Positions 25,161-37,399 of a stretch of 64,000 bases of DNA are shown piece after piece. Position 1 is the stretch's first letter. Each line of letters begins with the position of its first letter. The DNA lies in NCBI RefSeq assembly GCF_001194135.2, contig NC_068987.1, positions 105,629,346-105,693,345 on the forward strand, given 5' to 3'. The stretch comes from Octopus bimaculoides (lineage: Eukaryota). Both the position numbers and the translations under genes were made by a program. A model generated the notes under the pieces. It ran no database searches and was not told the DNA's origin. It saw only the letters and a list, made by a program, of their open reading frames with translations.

Positions 25161-26016
25161 TTGGGTTGAGCTAAAGATAAAAGGATGGCAAATATTGGGC
25201 TACGCTAAACAGAAAAGAGATAGACAAAGCAAAATGCCAACAATGGCTAAGAAGCTCGGAACTCAAAGCAGAGGCGGAAGGATTTTTAACTGCAGCACAA
25301 GATCAAAGCCTTCCTACCAGAAATCGCCCAAATCGCATAATGAAAAGAAATACAATAAGTAACTGTAGAATATGTGGTGATGGAGAAGAAACAATAAATC
25401 ATATTGTCTTTGGCTGCCCAGTCTTGGTTAAGAAGGAATATATTCACAGACACAACAGAGTTGGGACCTATATATACTGGAAGCTATGCCAACACTACGG
25501 AATAACAACAGAAAAAGGATGGTATGGGCACACCCGAGAAAAGGTCACAGAAAATGAGAAAGCAACCATACTCTGGGATATGCCAATACACACAGAGAAA
25601 TCAAGGCTAATTAGCTAGATATAGTTGTCAGAGACGCCCAACAAAAGCACTTTCTAATGAATGTATCAATACCAACAGATCACAACGTTTCTCTAAAAGA
25701 AACGGAAAAAACTTTCAAAATACAAAGATCTTGAAACAGGTAACTCGAATGTGGAGCCTAAAAACAAACAATTCCTAGTATAGTAGCGCATTACGTATGA
25801 TAAAAAACATTCAGACAAATACATAACAAAAAACACCAAGATTAACAAGTATATATAACATACAAAAAATAACACTACTAGGCACCGCACACATCCTGCG
25901 TAAAACACTTTCGATACAGTGAAAATAAGAGCACCACAATAAACCACAGCACATACCCAAGGCACACAGAGCTACGCTCGGCAGTGAGGTGAAAACACAT
26001 GTTTAAGATAAGACTG
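25161..26016 (+). mobile_element. R4/Dong-clade LINE, 5'-truncated, flanked on both sides by (AAT)n
   Basis: WLRSSELKAEAEGFLTAAQDQSL; CRICGDGEETINHIVFGC; RHNRVG; KATILWDMPIHT. 3' UTR homologous to 24125-24221. Confidence 0.92.
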
Positions 26017-26034
26017 AATAACAACAATAATAAT

Positions 26035-26932
26035 GATTTCCTTTATTGGCCACAAGGGCCTAAGCCATGGAGGACAATATCGAAGGACGAGTTACAACAC
26101 AAGAAGAAAACGAAAAATAAAAAAAGGTGGGATTTCCATCTATCAAAAGGTAGATACTATCACATGAAAGGATATAACAGAGGATATATAATAGCAATTA
26201 GAGAAATAGATAATAAATAAATAGATAATTAGAATCCCTAATAGCAGGGCAGTCCAATTTGGATAGTTCGGGGTAAACCCCACTCAAAAATCCCGGATTA
26301 ATCTGCCATCCCCCAAGCATGGGAAAATACTCTCTTCCAGTTTCTTTCCTTCTGGTTAGAAAAGCATACTCAGAGTCGGTCCATTCGGTTTCACCAGCCT
26401 TGCCATCGTCGACCAACTTTTGATAAACACACTAGAAGGTGACACCTTCCCCTCTACCCTCACCTTCCTCTTCTAATGATATTTGAAGAAATGATGAGGG
26501 CTTGGCAAGATAGGAAAGTGCCTGTCTTCAAACTTTCAGACGGGTCCACCACACAGCCTCTTTTGCCACAGCCACTAAGCAGCGAAAAATCTGCCTTCCT
26601 TCTCTGCTAAATGAAGGTGGTCCGTCGACCTTCACTATGCTCTCGGGAGACAACTGAATTTACCTTATACACTACATCAACTGCTCCACACAAGCCCACA
26701 ACTCTCTAATGCACAGACACTGAATTATTGCATGTAGGATGATTTCGTCCCCTTCCATGCATCTCGGGCAAGTTCGGCTGTTGGCACTTCCATGCCTGAA
26801 GAGCTCGTCTCGGACAGGTAATGACCCCCACCTATAGCTCTGCCATGCCAAAGACTTTTGGAAATTGTCCATGATCTTCGACCCAAAGGTCTTCCGGAAG
26901 AGACTACTCAGACTGCTCTCGTTGGTGTCTAG
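26035..26932 (-). mobile_element. Tx1/L1-clade LINE 3' portion (zf-RVT-like CCHC region and 3' UTR)
   Basis: FQKSLAWQSYRWGSLPVRDEL...TCPRCMEGDEIILHAIIQC...AVAKEAVWWTR. 3' end CCCTTGTGGCCAATAAAGGAAATC-(ATT)n. Confidence 0.8.
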
Positions 26933-26944
26933 CAATAATAAAAG

Positions 26945-27335
26945 AAGTGTTTGTGTGGTAAGAGGTTTGCTTCCCAACAACATGGTTCCGGGTTTAGTCT
27001 GACTGTTTTGTACATAGAGCGAGTGTCTTCTACTATAGCCTTAGCTCGACCACAGCTTTGTGAGTGAATTTGGTAGACAGAAACTAACAGAAGCCTGTGT
27101 TCATACATATATGTGCGTGTGTGTTTGTATATCTTTGTTCCGACAACCTCTTGACAACTGGTATTGGTATGTGTGCGTCCCCGTAACGTAGCGATTCGGT
27201 AAAGACTCTGATAGCATAAATACCAGGCTTCAAAGAGAAAAAAATACTGGCATCCTTCGACTAAAATTCTTCAAGGCGTTACCCCAGCATGGCCACAGTC
27301 TAATGACTGAAACATATAAGATAAAAGATAAAATA
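26945..27335 (+). mobile_element. SINE family B, full length with internal (TG)n
   Basis: GTGTGGTAAGAGGTTTGCTTCCCAAC head; GGTAGACAGAAACT; CCCCGTAACGTAGCG; CCAGCATGGCCACAGTCTAATGACTGAAAC tail. Confidence 0.85.
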
Positions 27336-29348
27336 AAACATAACACTGCACAGTTGAAAGGTTTCTTTGATGACTACCAGCATCAGGCGCAAACACCATA
27401 TTAACATAACTCATTTGTGCACATAGCTTCACCTCTATGAAGTAGATTGGGTTGCTGTCTGAGTAGCTGATCGAATTCCAAGTAATATAATTCATAACAT
27501 GTGTATTTTCTCTAAACAAGAATTCTAGTAAAGTGCAGTTTGATTTGAATTCACTAATATTCTCGTAAAGACATGCGCATTCATACGAACATACGTATAT
27601 GTACACACAGACACACACGGGCACACATAGACAAACACGAATATGCATGTGTTTATCTATGTGTGCGAGTGAGCACATGACCAAGTAAAATATATGAAAA
27701 TAACGCATAAATAATGCAGATTCAATAAAAAGTTCTGAAGATGGATTATATAATATTATTAACAATATATTATATGAAATAAAATGAAGTATAACTGCTG
27801 CAGCGTCTTGGCAATTTTGTTATGACTTACTAATTTTCTTCTATACAGCAATGGCACTGGATCGCCATAATTTTAAATGTAACGGCGTCTGAAAAGTGTT
27901 ATAAATAAGTGAAAAGGCTCCTTAACATCATGAACAATATCATAGAATCTGAAAGACTTCATTAAAAAATATATATTTTCAACATAGCACACTTTTTTAA
28001 AGATGTCATTAAAATATATATGAATAAGCATAGAAAGTCGATAGTACAAATAACCTGTTTTTCAATCAAAAAAAAAAAAAAAAAAGGAAAGGAGAAAAGA
28101 AAAGCATAAACCTCTAAATCAGAACAGAAAAAAAAGAAAACAGAAAGGAAGGAATAAAAAATCGAAAATGTTAATTTTATTTGTTGCTTTTGAAAGTTTC
28201 CACTGAACATCATATGATTTGTTTAACTGATTAGAAGTAAGGTGACATAGCAAACATTCGGATAATTATGTGTTATTTTCAGAAATATGCCAATCATTGG
28301 AACTAAAGACATCACTAGAAGTAAAAATAGTTTCTTCTTCTTTTTCATAATAAAGAAAATAAAGAAAAACAATGAAAGAAAAAGATATGAAAAGCTTTAT
28401 GACAACAAAGAAAAGAATAAGAAATATAGTGGCAAAAAAAAAACCTCAAGTAAAAAAAAAAACAATAAAAACAACCCAAACCATAAAAGAATAAAAACAA
28501 AACAAATAACTCCATGAAAATAGATTATTCAAGTCTGTTTTTGAATTTTCTGTTGGCAGCTAAATATGCAGATGTATGTTGTGTGTATTGACTCGCTTTT
28601 ATGACATCGTTTTGCCAACTTTTATTTATATAATTTTGATAACGAAGTTTCCCCAGTGTAGTTAATATAGCGGAGATGTGTTGGTAATATTAAAAGTTAT
28701 TGGTATCGATAAATAAACAGAAAACTCGATAGGAAATTAAGAAGAGAAAAATAAGCTTGTAGAAAAGATCGCAGTTGAACAAAATGCGACCAGATGGATC
28801 TGAACATAAAGTATTTCAAAAGGAAATGAGAAGCTGTAATTTCAAATCTACGCATTGTAATTGAATAAAGTTATCTCATTCTAGCCTTTTGTCAGAGCTT
28901 TATTTTCAGCCTATAAATAACTAATTTCCTAGTAAAATGACCGTTGCTAATGGTAGGTGCATGTTTCTTGTTTACTTAATAATTGTTAAAGTTTGAAGAC
29001 GATATGTCGTAACCAGTTTTTCTAAACCACTTGTTTTAAGTAACTTTTGTTGGTGAGATGTGTAGACTGAGTAATGGAATAAGATTCGTTTCTATTCTAC
29101 TTAGTTACTCTCTTCTACACGAAAATTTTAAGGAATTCTCCTCAGATACACGACATGGACAAACATAACTTTATATATATTATCGTATATTTACACACAT
29201 TCATACATCTATTATGTATATATGTATGAATGTATGTATGTATGTATGTATCTATATATGTGTGTGTGCGTTCGATATGGGTGTGCGTGTAAATTTACAT
29301 GCATACATACATACATACATACATACATCCACATATACATATAAATAA

Positions 29349-29600
29349 TAAATGCGCCCTTTTAAAGCCTAGCCAGGCTCATGGGCCCGGTTTCCCGGTT
29401 TCAATGGCGTACGTGTTCCCCGGCTAGACGGGATGCCAGTCCATCGCAGCGTTACTCATTTTTGCCAGCTAAGTGAACTGGAGCAAAGTGAAATAAAGTG
29501 TTTTGCTCAAGAACACAACGCGTCACCCGGTCCAGGAATCGAAATCACAATCTTACGATCATGATGGTGACACCCTAACCACTAAGCCACGCACCTCCAC
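29349..29600 (-). mobile_element. SINE family C, full length, tRNA-derived head
   Basis: Minus strand: GTGGAGGTGCGTGGCTTAGTGGTTAGGG (A box), TTTCGATTCC (B box), tail GGCTTTAAAAGGGCGCATTTA. Confidence 0.85.
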
Positions 29601-30164
29601 AAACATATACATATATAAGATATACATCCATGCGTGTGTGCGTGCATCAAGAAAAAGGAAAAGAGAATTTATAACACTAACAACTCGGAATTATTTCTCT
29701 TTAATGATTTTTGCTTTAATTGTGCAAAATATCTAAGGAAATAAATGTTTTTAACTCTTTTACATGAATATTCAAGTATTATGTTTTGCTGGAGTCAAGA
29801 TGAGATAATTGATTAATTGACAATGCATATTGAGTCAGAACCATTTCCAGAGCTATCGTCTTGTCTCCAGAAAAAAAAAGACTCAGTTTTCCCTAATGGC
29901 ACGTCACATTCAAAATATTTCGCGATTTGTGAGATTACCTCTCCTTTCCATCTCGATGTCGATCGCTTTTGCAACCAAGCGTTTCTATACCTTCTCTTGA
30001 AACAAAGATAAATTGAATAAATCGAATTTATCTCATATGTTACTTACTATGACTTTATTAGCTTTTCTCAAGCATACGAATTATTTCTTTAGCACGTTTC
30101 TGATACATACATACATACATACATACATACATACATACATACATACATACATACATACATACAT

Positions 30165-31107
30165 CAAGAACTCAATGAGACAGATGTTCGAACTCGCAAT
30201 CTGCTCAGTGTTACAGGAAACCTCAACATCAATAGAGATGTAGGCAGGCAATCAACTGCATAATTAGGATAGCTAATGAATTTGAGGAGAGGTATGAAAT
30301 AAGAGCTGATACAAATCTCTCCTCAAATATCACTAGTAAAGTCTATTTTTCAGAAAAAATAGAATACAAAAAAAAGGACCAGTTCATTGAGAAGATACTT
30401 GGTATGAAAAGCACAAACCACTGAAGGGACTGATCATGTCAAAAGCGTGCCATGGAATACCGACAAGTTTATAACATAACACCACTTCGAAGACTACATC
30501 CATGTAATCCAAGAACCTACAGCATAAAAGACAGAAACGTTGACAGGCAACAAATGTAGATTGTGCAAAAACTAGGACTGAAGACATCAACCACATTATC
30601 GCAAACTGCGAGAGAATGCCTTCAAGATATTATCTTTCCACAAGGCATGATGCGATGGTCAGAACAGTTTGGAAAAGGATTACAAAAAAGAAACCACCTA
30701 CAGATGAATTTGATCATATTGAGATCGATGGGTCAAAAGATTATTGGTGGAAGTTAAAAAACAAAATAGCCACCAAATAAAAACAGAGCCGTCCAGATAT
30801 TGCTGTGTGGGCTCACAAAGCAAAGCAATGTTCTGTTGTGGAAATCAGCAACCCTCTTGGCACAAATATGGTGGGAAAAATACAAGAGAAAGGGAACAAT
30901 TATGGACCATTGATAAGGAGTTTGCAAATCCAGTACCCAAAATACATTTTCAGCTTCATAATATTATTGTTGGGGCAACAAAGTAGTGCATGACCAAGAT
31001 TGAAAGCATCAGCCATATTGGTGCCAACTGCAAAAAGTCTGTAAAATCCTCTTAAGATTTAACGACGGTCGGTCAAAATATATTCTAAATTAAAAAGAGA
31101 AAGCGAA
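30165..31107 (+). mobile_element. Decayed R4/Dong-clade LINE abutting (TACA)n (30104-30164)
   Basis: [20 protein letters not shown]; NKCRLCKTRTEDINHIIANCERMPSRYYLSTRHD; KDYWW; PLIRSLQIQYPKYIF...GA. Same subtype as 2313-3570. Confidence 0.82.
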
Positions 31108-31658
31108 CATACATATACACACACATGCATACACACATTGGTTTCATGTCATGGCTCAGAGAAGAAGGCGAAAGCATATTACATCGACACCAGTACTCAA
31201 CTGGTACATATATTATCACATTGAGTTGCTTTATTGGTTTCCAACATTGCAGATCAATACGAAATCTAAGAGTAACATGGACATTATAAATCTGGCACGG
31301 AACCATTTCCCCACAGGACACAAACATCTCAGACTATCTAACCGGCAAAACATAAATTATAACTATAGTTGCGTGACTAATACGGAAGAAATCTTCTCGG
31401 GTAAATAGTCGAATTCACATAATAATTACGTCATACTAAATACACACACACACACGCACACACACACGCACATACACACACGCACACACACACACGCACA
31501 CGCACACNNNNNNNNNNNNNNNNNNNNNNNNNNNNNNNNNNNNNNNNNNNNNNNNNNNNNNNNNNNNNNNNNNNNNNNNNNNNNNNNNNNNNNNNNNNNN
31601 NNNNNNNNNNNNNNNNNNNNNNNNNNNNNNNNNNNNNNNNACACACACACACACATAG

Positions 31659-32780
31659 TGTATTCGGGTTAAATTTTACAATTTTATGTCTTCTGTTTTC
31701 AGGAACAATTTGGTGTACTGGTTGGAACAGTCAACGCCGTTAGAGAGATAAAAGATGGAAGTTATTGTTGAGAAAAAGTTAGCTGACACAGAGGGCTGGA
31801 AACCATTTGAATATTGGAAAAGAGTTACTTGTATCATGATAATTCGCGTCGGGTGTCAAAATACTGACACCGTGGCTGCTGTTCGGTGCTGTGAACGCTG
31901 TAAAGGCTGTAATACGTAACATGGACAGTTGCAACCGAAAAACAAAGCCGCGGCCAGCAGGAACGGACACAGCAAGCTTTCTGACTGTATTCGCGCGCGG
32001 GTATTCATCCAACAACTGCAGGACAAGATAATTAATGGAAGATCCGAGCAAGGGAATCCAGGGTTTGGCGAAAGAGATGGGTGTTGGAGCGGCAACCTTG
32101 ACCCGGAATTAAGAACTTCGCTACCACTCGGACAAGAGGCACAAGGGACACATTCTGACAACCAAGGACAATCGCCTGACGAAAGAAAAGAAGCTCCCGA
32201 ACAAATTCTCAGAGGAAAAGAACTTCTGCTAGAATCAGTTGTACAACACCTACAACAACGAGAACAAGTTCATTTGCCTACAATCTATGTATCGTGAAAA
32301 GCAAGTTCCCCCAAACAGTGAGGATCACGTGCTGACCCACATCTTTGAGCATGGACTTAGGCTCAATTCAAACACTAATGTGAGCCTGCTGGAGGCTGTT
32401 GTCAAACCCTGGTTGAGAAGAAAGCTTGCTGCTGGAAGGTTATATGTGTAGCGGCAGGAATCTTCTCCGAAAAGAGTCAGAAGTGGTTGTCGGAAATTTC
32501 TACGACTTCACCAGAGCTATTCTGGCCTCCACATTTTGCCAATACCAATATATCCGTTTCAACACAGAATTTCACATCAGGAATCATGCAAAACAAATGC
32601 ATAAACGTAACAAAGTGACCCCCAGCCAAGCTAGTAAGACGACAAAAAACTCTATTCCGTCATTTAAGAGCAAATAAATAGTGCATGTGTTTAATTGGCA
32701 AAATATGACCATCCCTAAGTATAACAATATGAAAAATATCAACTTACAATTTACTAATGTAAAATTCAATCCCAAATGCA
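31659..32780 (+). mobile_element. Decayed Tc1/mariner-superfamily transposon, maT/DD37D-like, with imperfect ~22-bp terminal inverted repeats
   Basis: Across frameshifts: FIQQLQD; EDPSKGIQGLAKEMGV; LRYHSDKRHKGHILT; FSEEKNF (cf. FSDEK); HIFEHGLRLNS; VVKPWL; KSQKWLSE; FWPP. TGTATTCGGGTTAAATTTTACA (31659-31680) is the approximate inverse of TGTAAAATTCAATCCCAAATGCA (32758-32780). Confidence 0.8.
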
Positions 32781-32790
32781 AAGAGCTAAG

Positions 32791-33784
32791 TCTTATATAC
32801 TAAAAGCAAGTTGTCTGTCTATGTGTTGTGTGAACCACTTCTACTCCTACAATTTTCAACCGAATTTCACCAAATTTGACATGTGTGCTCTCTTTGACTT
32901 AGGACGCGTTTTCTTATATTTTTTTCCTCAAAATCCCGCGCCCCCAACATAAATAGACTACTTTCAATTCACCTAGGATTTGAACCCACCCCGTCTATGC
33001 AACGGTACGCGTACAATTTTCGGCGCTTTATTAGAAGCGTACCTCTCTAAGAAAATGACCTCTAATTTCTAAAATTATGAAAATGGGAAATACATCCAAA
33101 ATAAAAGATGCAAAAAATTACGAAGATTCATCTATTTTGAAATATTTTATACTAAAAAATAAAACACGAAAAACGGGCACTCGTGAATATAAAGAAACAT
33201 GTCGGACGATACAAGGGGCGGTAACTTGTATCAGATATTATTAATGATACGTGGGGCCGGACAATAACGTTTGCAAATTCTTGATTGTTCTTAATCAGAT
33301 TTTTTTACTGCGCTCATTGGTAAGGGTAAGTGTAGCACGCGCTCCTACCACGTAACAGCTATTCGCAAATACCTGTTCAGTGGTAGCAGGACATGCTAGA
33401 AATACCAGCCAAATCGGTTAATGTTTACAAATATACCTGCACGGCAACCCCCACTACTTTTTTTTCTTATATATATATATATACATTATAGCCTCTGGCC
33501 CACCAAATCCTTGTGAGTGGATTTCGTACACGGAAACTGAAAGAATACTGTCGTATATATGTGTATATTAATGTGTGTGTGTGTTTGCACCCCACCATTG
33601 CTTTAAAACCGATGTTGGTGTGTCTACATACCTATAACTAAGCGGTTCAGCAAAAGACACTGATAGAATAATTAGTAGGCGGTGCTCCAGAATGGCTGCA
33701 GTCACATGACTGAAACAAGTAAAACAACAACAAAAAAAAAACTATGCCATTTTAATCCCGAGCAAGGCCGAGTATCTCTGCTAG
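32791..33784 (+). mobile_element. Non-autonomous Helitron-type element
   Basis: 5' TCTTATATACTAAAAGC, then CCGAATTTCACCAAATTTG. 3' imperfect hairpin CCCGAGCAAGGCCGAG, then CTAG (33781-33784) followed by T. The base before the 5' TC is G, not the canonical A. Confidence 0.7.
33490..33722 (+). mobile_element. SINE family B 3' portion nested in the Helitron-type element
   Basis: CCTTGTGAGTGGATTT...GGAAACTGAAAGAA...GGTGCTCCAGAATGGCTGCAGTCACATGACTGAAACAAGTAAAA. Confidence 0.8.
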
Positions 33785-34064
33785 TTTATTATAAAATTCG
33801 TTTGCATCATGCTCTGATGGCTTAATCAACCATATATTAGGACATTTGCGGAATTTTAGCGTATATAAATATGTGTCAATAGGGTATATATGTGATATGT
33901 GTGTTTAGGTGTGAATGTTCTAATACGTATGCAGTATCATGCTAATGTATCAGTAAGTTTATGCGGCTTATGTCTGTCTTCAAACGGATTTAGATGATGT
34001 GTTTGCTCTTTGAAAATTGATATGATGAATGCATTCATTTTCACACTATATTATATCTATCAAT

Positions 34065-34270
34065 AAGAGGGTGAGCTGGGAGAATTGTTACCGCGCCGGA
34101 TAAAATGCTTAGCAATATTTTGCCCGTCTCTATGCTCTGAGTTTAAATTCCGTCGAGGTTGACTTTGCCTTCTATTGTTTCGGGGTCGATAAAGTAAGTA
34201 CCAGCAGCGCACTGGGGTCGATGTACTCGACTTAGTCCATACCCTGGACCTCTGTCCTTGTGCCAAAATT
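34065..34270 (+). mobile_element. SINE family A copy (CCTTGTGCCAAAATT tail variant)
   Basis: GGGTGAGCTGGGAGAATTG head; GAGTTTAAATTCC; GGGGTCGATGTACTCGACT. Confidence 0.8.
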
Positions 34271-34409
34271 TCTATCTACCACTAGTCTGTCTATCTATTC
34301 AAACACACACATATGCACACACACACATACATACATACACATATACACGCATGTGTATTTGTATAACTGCATATATGTATGTATCTCTCTCTTTCTGTCT
34401 GTCTGTCCG

Positions 34410-34456
<47 letters not shown>

Positions 34457-34465
34457 GGAAAGAGC

Positions 34466-34501
<36 letters not shown>

Positions 34502-35059
34502 TAGAGAGAGAGAGAGGAGAAATAGATATCAAAATAGATAAATACTGATATATTTGTGTGAGAGTGCATTGAAATATAAACACATACGCACAGCTATTAA
34601 CATTTATAGGGAATAAATATAATGCGGAATATGCATATAGAAAAGAAGAAAAGAATTACTCAGGAAGTTTACTAGAAAATATCTATTTCAATATATTCAT
34701 TATGACCTTGTTATAAATTCTTAACAAGGGGTTTGATCTGAGGTCGTTCTTTGAATTTCAGACAGCGAGTTTTCTTCGAGTCGGAGGTGGAATCGAATAA
34801 CAATGAGCTCGATGAAATGTACAACAAAAGCCAGAAGACAAGAAACTTTGATTCCGACCATTTTCTAACTTTTGACACACGTCCACAGATAATCGATGGC
34901 GATATTTTGTTTTATCGGCCCCTGAATGGGATTAAAGGTAAAGACGAAATATCAAGCCAGCACACGAAAAGGTACATTAATACAGTTAAGCGTTGCTTGA
35001 GAGGATGAATGAATTGCTTTAAGAGTTTTTATAGTCACGAGCAGACATAGGCAGCTTCT

Positions 35060-35252
35060 CATCTCCCCACTCAACCCAGTGGAACATTCAGGATATGACA
35101 GCTGGAAGGAGAAAGGCCTGTGACAACAGACTGGAGAAATGTGAAGGGAAGGGGCTTGCACAAGGATACCACGCACTGCTGAGTCCAGGAACTGAACGTA
35201 TAACCTTACGATCAAGAGTGCGAACACCCTAAACACTAGACCACTGGTTTCC
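35060..35252 (-). mobile_element. Degenerate SINE family C head
   Basis: CCAGGAACTGAAC...CTTACGATC...GAACACCCTAAACACTAGACCAC parallels 29530-29590. Confidence 0.55.
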
Positions 35253-36152
35253 ACTTCCTCATACTATAAGACATTAAGTCATTAACTGTCTGCCAGTTTT
35301 ATCGTTCCACAGAATTTGCTGTCGGTATTAATTATATCTGGGAACTCGTTTGGATAAAAATAAATTCTGCAAGTTTATTTATTTATTTATTTATTTATTT
35401 ATTCATTTATTTCGTTACTCTTTTAGTGAAATCATAGAGATGAAACAACGTAGCTTAAATGCCACGCCGCATTCGTTCCTAACTTCTCTGTTCTGAGTTC
35501 AAATATCGACGTCGTCAAATTTACTATTCAAGTTTATAAAATATCAGTCCATAGTGGCGGATCAGTACTTTACTGTTAGAGTGTTGATTAATATGTGCCT
35601 AACGGTATCTGTTGAGATTCTTTATATTCTGAGTGCAAATTTCGTCCAAGTGCAGATGGCTAGATCTAATCTCTCAATTACGGGAGCACCCCACTCGACC
35701 CACAATTGGCCAGAGTGGTCCGATAGACTGACAAGAACAGATAAACTGGCAACGGTATCCAAAGGTTTAATCATGTAGTGAATCCTTGATAGTTAAATTG
35801 AGTGGAATGGCAACATTGATTCTTTCACCAGTCATCCTTTCCTACCTTATTAAATCACTTTTACCGTTGGGCTGTGAAAAATGATGCAAAAAATGCAGAA
35901 ACCTACGTGTTTTACGATCCGTTGACGTTATTTAGGGCCCAATGCATTTTGACATACTAGATCTAGACAGAGAATTTTACCTTGGGATTATTTCTGCAGT
36001 GTAGGGTTTCTCACGTTCCAGTGTGCTGGAGAGTGTTAAATCATTTTACACAAATATGTTTTATTCAAAGTTGTTAAAAGCGATTCTATTTAATTTTATC
36101 TTGACCAAGCTTTATGTACAGCAGCAAACGTAGCGCATGTTGCACTAATATA

Positions 36153-36229
36153 AGAACGAATTCGTTCTGATCGGACTGCAGAAACGCATGCGTACTACGA
36201 TCCAATGACGTCATTCACAGTCCACTGTG
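36153..36229. promoter_or_regulatory. Cluster of palindromic, transcription-factor-site-like motifs (CRE, CCAAT, NRF1-like)
   Basis: AGAACGAATTCGTTCT (36153-36168), ACGCATGCGT (36184-36193), CCAAT (36202-36206), AATGACGTCATT (36204-36215), CACAG-TCCA-CTGTG (36216-36229). Function not shown. Confidence 0.3.
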
Positions 36230-36279
36230 TCTTCACACATGTTGTCTCGGAGGGGAATTTGCTCACGGGATTATTTTCG

Positions 36280-36792
36280 CAGTGTCGTTAGGATGCCGGA
36301 CAAAATGCTTAGTGATATTTCTTCCGACAGTTTACGTTCTGAGTTCAAATTCCACCAAGGTCTTTTGCCTTTTCGTGGTCGATAAATTAAGTACGATTCA
36401 AGCACAAGGGCTGATGCAATCAACTTACACCCTCCCACCAACTTTTGACCCAAGGGTAGCAATTTCAGGGACAGGGTAAGTCAATTACATTGACCCCAAT
36501 GCTCAAATGGTACTCATTTTGTCGCCCCCGAAAGGATCAAAAACAAAGTCGACCCTGTGCCTATATTAAGAACAATTAAACCGGCGAGCTGGCAGAATCG
36601 TCACTATTTCGGACAAAGTGCTTCGCGGCTTTCTGCCGGTTTTACGTTCTGAGTTTATATTCCGCCGAGGATGACTTTGTCCTTCATCTTTTCGTGGTCA
36701 ATAAACTCAGTACCATTTGAGTAGTGGGGTCGATGTAATTCTCTAGTCTCATCCTCCAAAATTTCAGGCCTTGTGCCTTTAGTAGAAAGGAA
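36280..36792 (+). mobile_element. Cluster of SINE family A copies: + 36280-36440, - fragment ~36460-36555, + 36580-36792
   Basis: GAGTTCAAATTCC B-box; GGCGAGCTGGCAGAATCG head; tail CAGGCCTTGTGCCTTTAGTAGAAAGG. Confidence 0.8.
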
Positions 36793-37399
36793 TATTTCAC
36801 TAGTACTTTACTTCGTTCGACTCCGAACTAAGGATATGTAAAATTTTTCATGACTAGGATGTGAAACAACAACTTAAAAAGACGTAACTAAATATCGCCT
36901 GAAGACCTCTTAAATATTAACATATTTACTTTAGTATTTATTGATTTTATTTCTATAAAGAAACTAAGAATTATAAATATAATACGAGTAAAAAATAAAC
37001 ACATGAAAGAAAACACACACGAATCTGTTATTCTGTCATACGCGGTTTTCAAACATGAAATATATGAAACAAAAATATATATAAATTATTTCCCATAAAG
37101 ACTATTTCGGTTATAAGAAAAAAAAAAAAAAATCGGAGTGAAAACATAAACAAACTAGAACCTTCTAAGAAATACTAACATTTTACAAAGATATTCATAG
37201 CTCGTATGCTCTTTTAAAGTAAAATATAGGCAAACACAGGTAAAGATAGCAGGAAAATATTTTTAAAAGCAAAGACAAATTCTTATATTTTTTTTTAAAG
37301 GAAAAAACTTTAAATATAAAAATGAGTATATACCCCAATTTGCATACATGTATAATTTCTGTTTGTAACTTTTAGGTAGGCTTATCAGTACTATGTGCG

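Noticed and set aside
27850-27861. AATGGCACTGGA, a 12-nt match to the 5' end of miR-263/183-type miRNAs (also CTTGGCACT at ~45349)
   Set aside because: The match ends after 9-12 nt and there is no proper precursor hairpin; chance-level.
34762-34937. Candidate 176-bp exon (TTTCAG|...AAG|GTAAAG) inside an 85-aa ORF
   Set aside because: No recognisable domain or partner exons; cannot be supported without RNA data.
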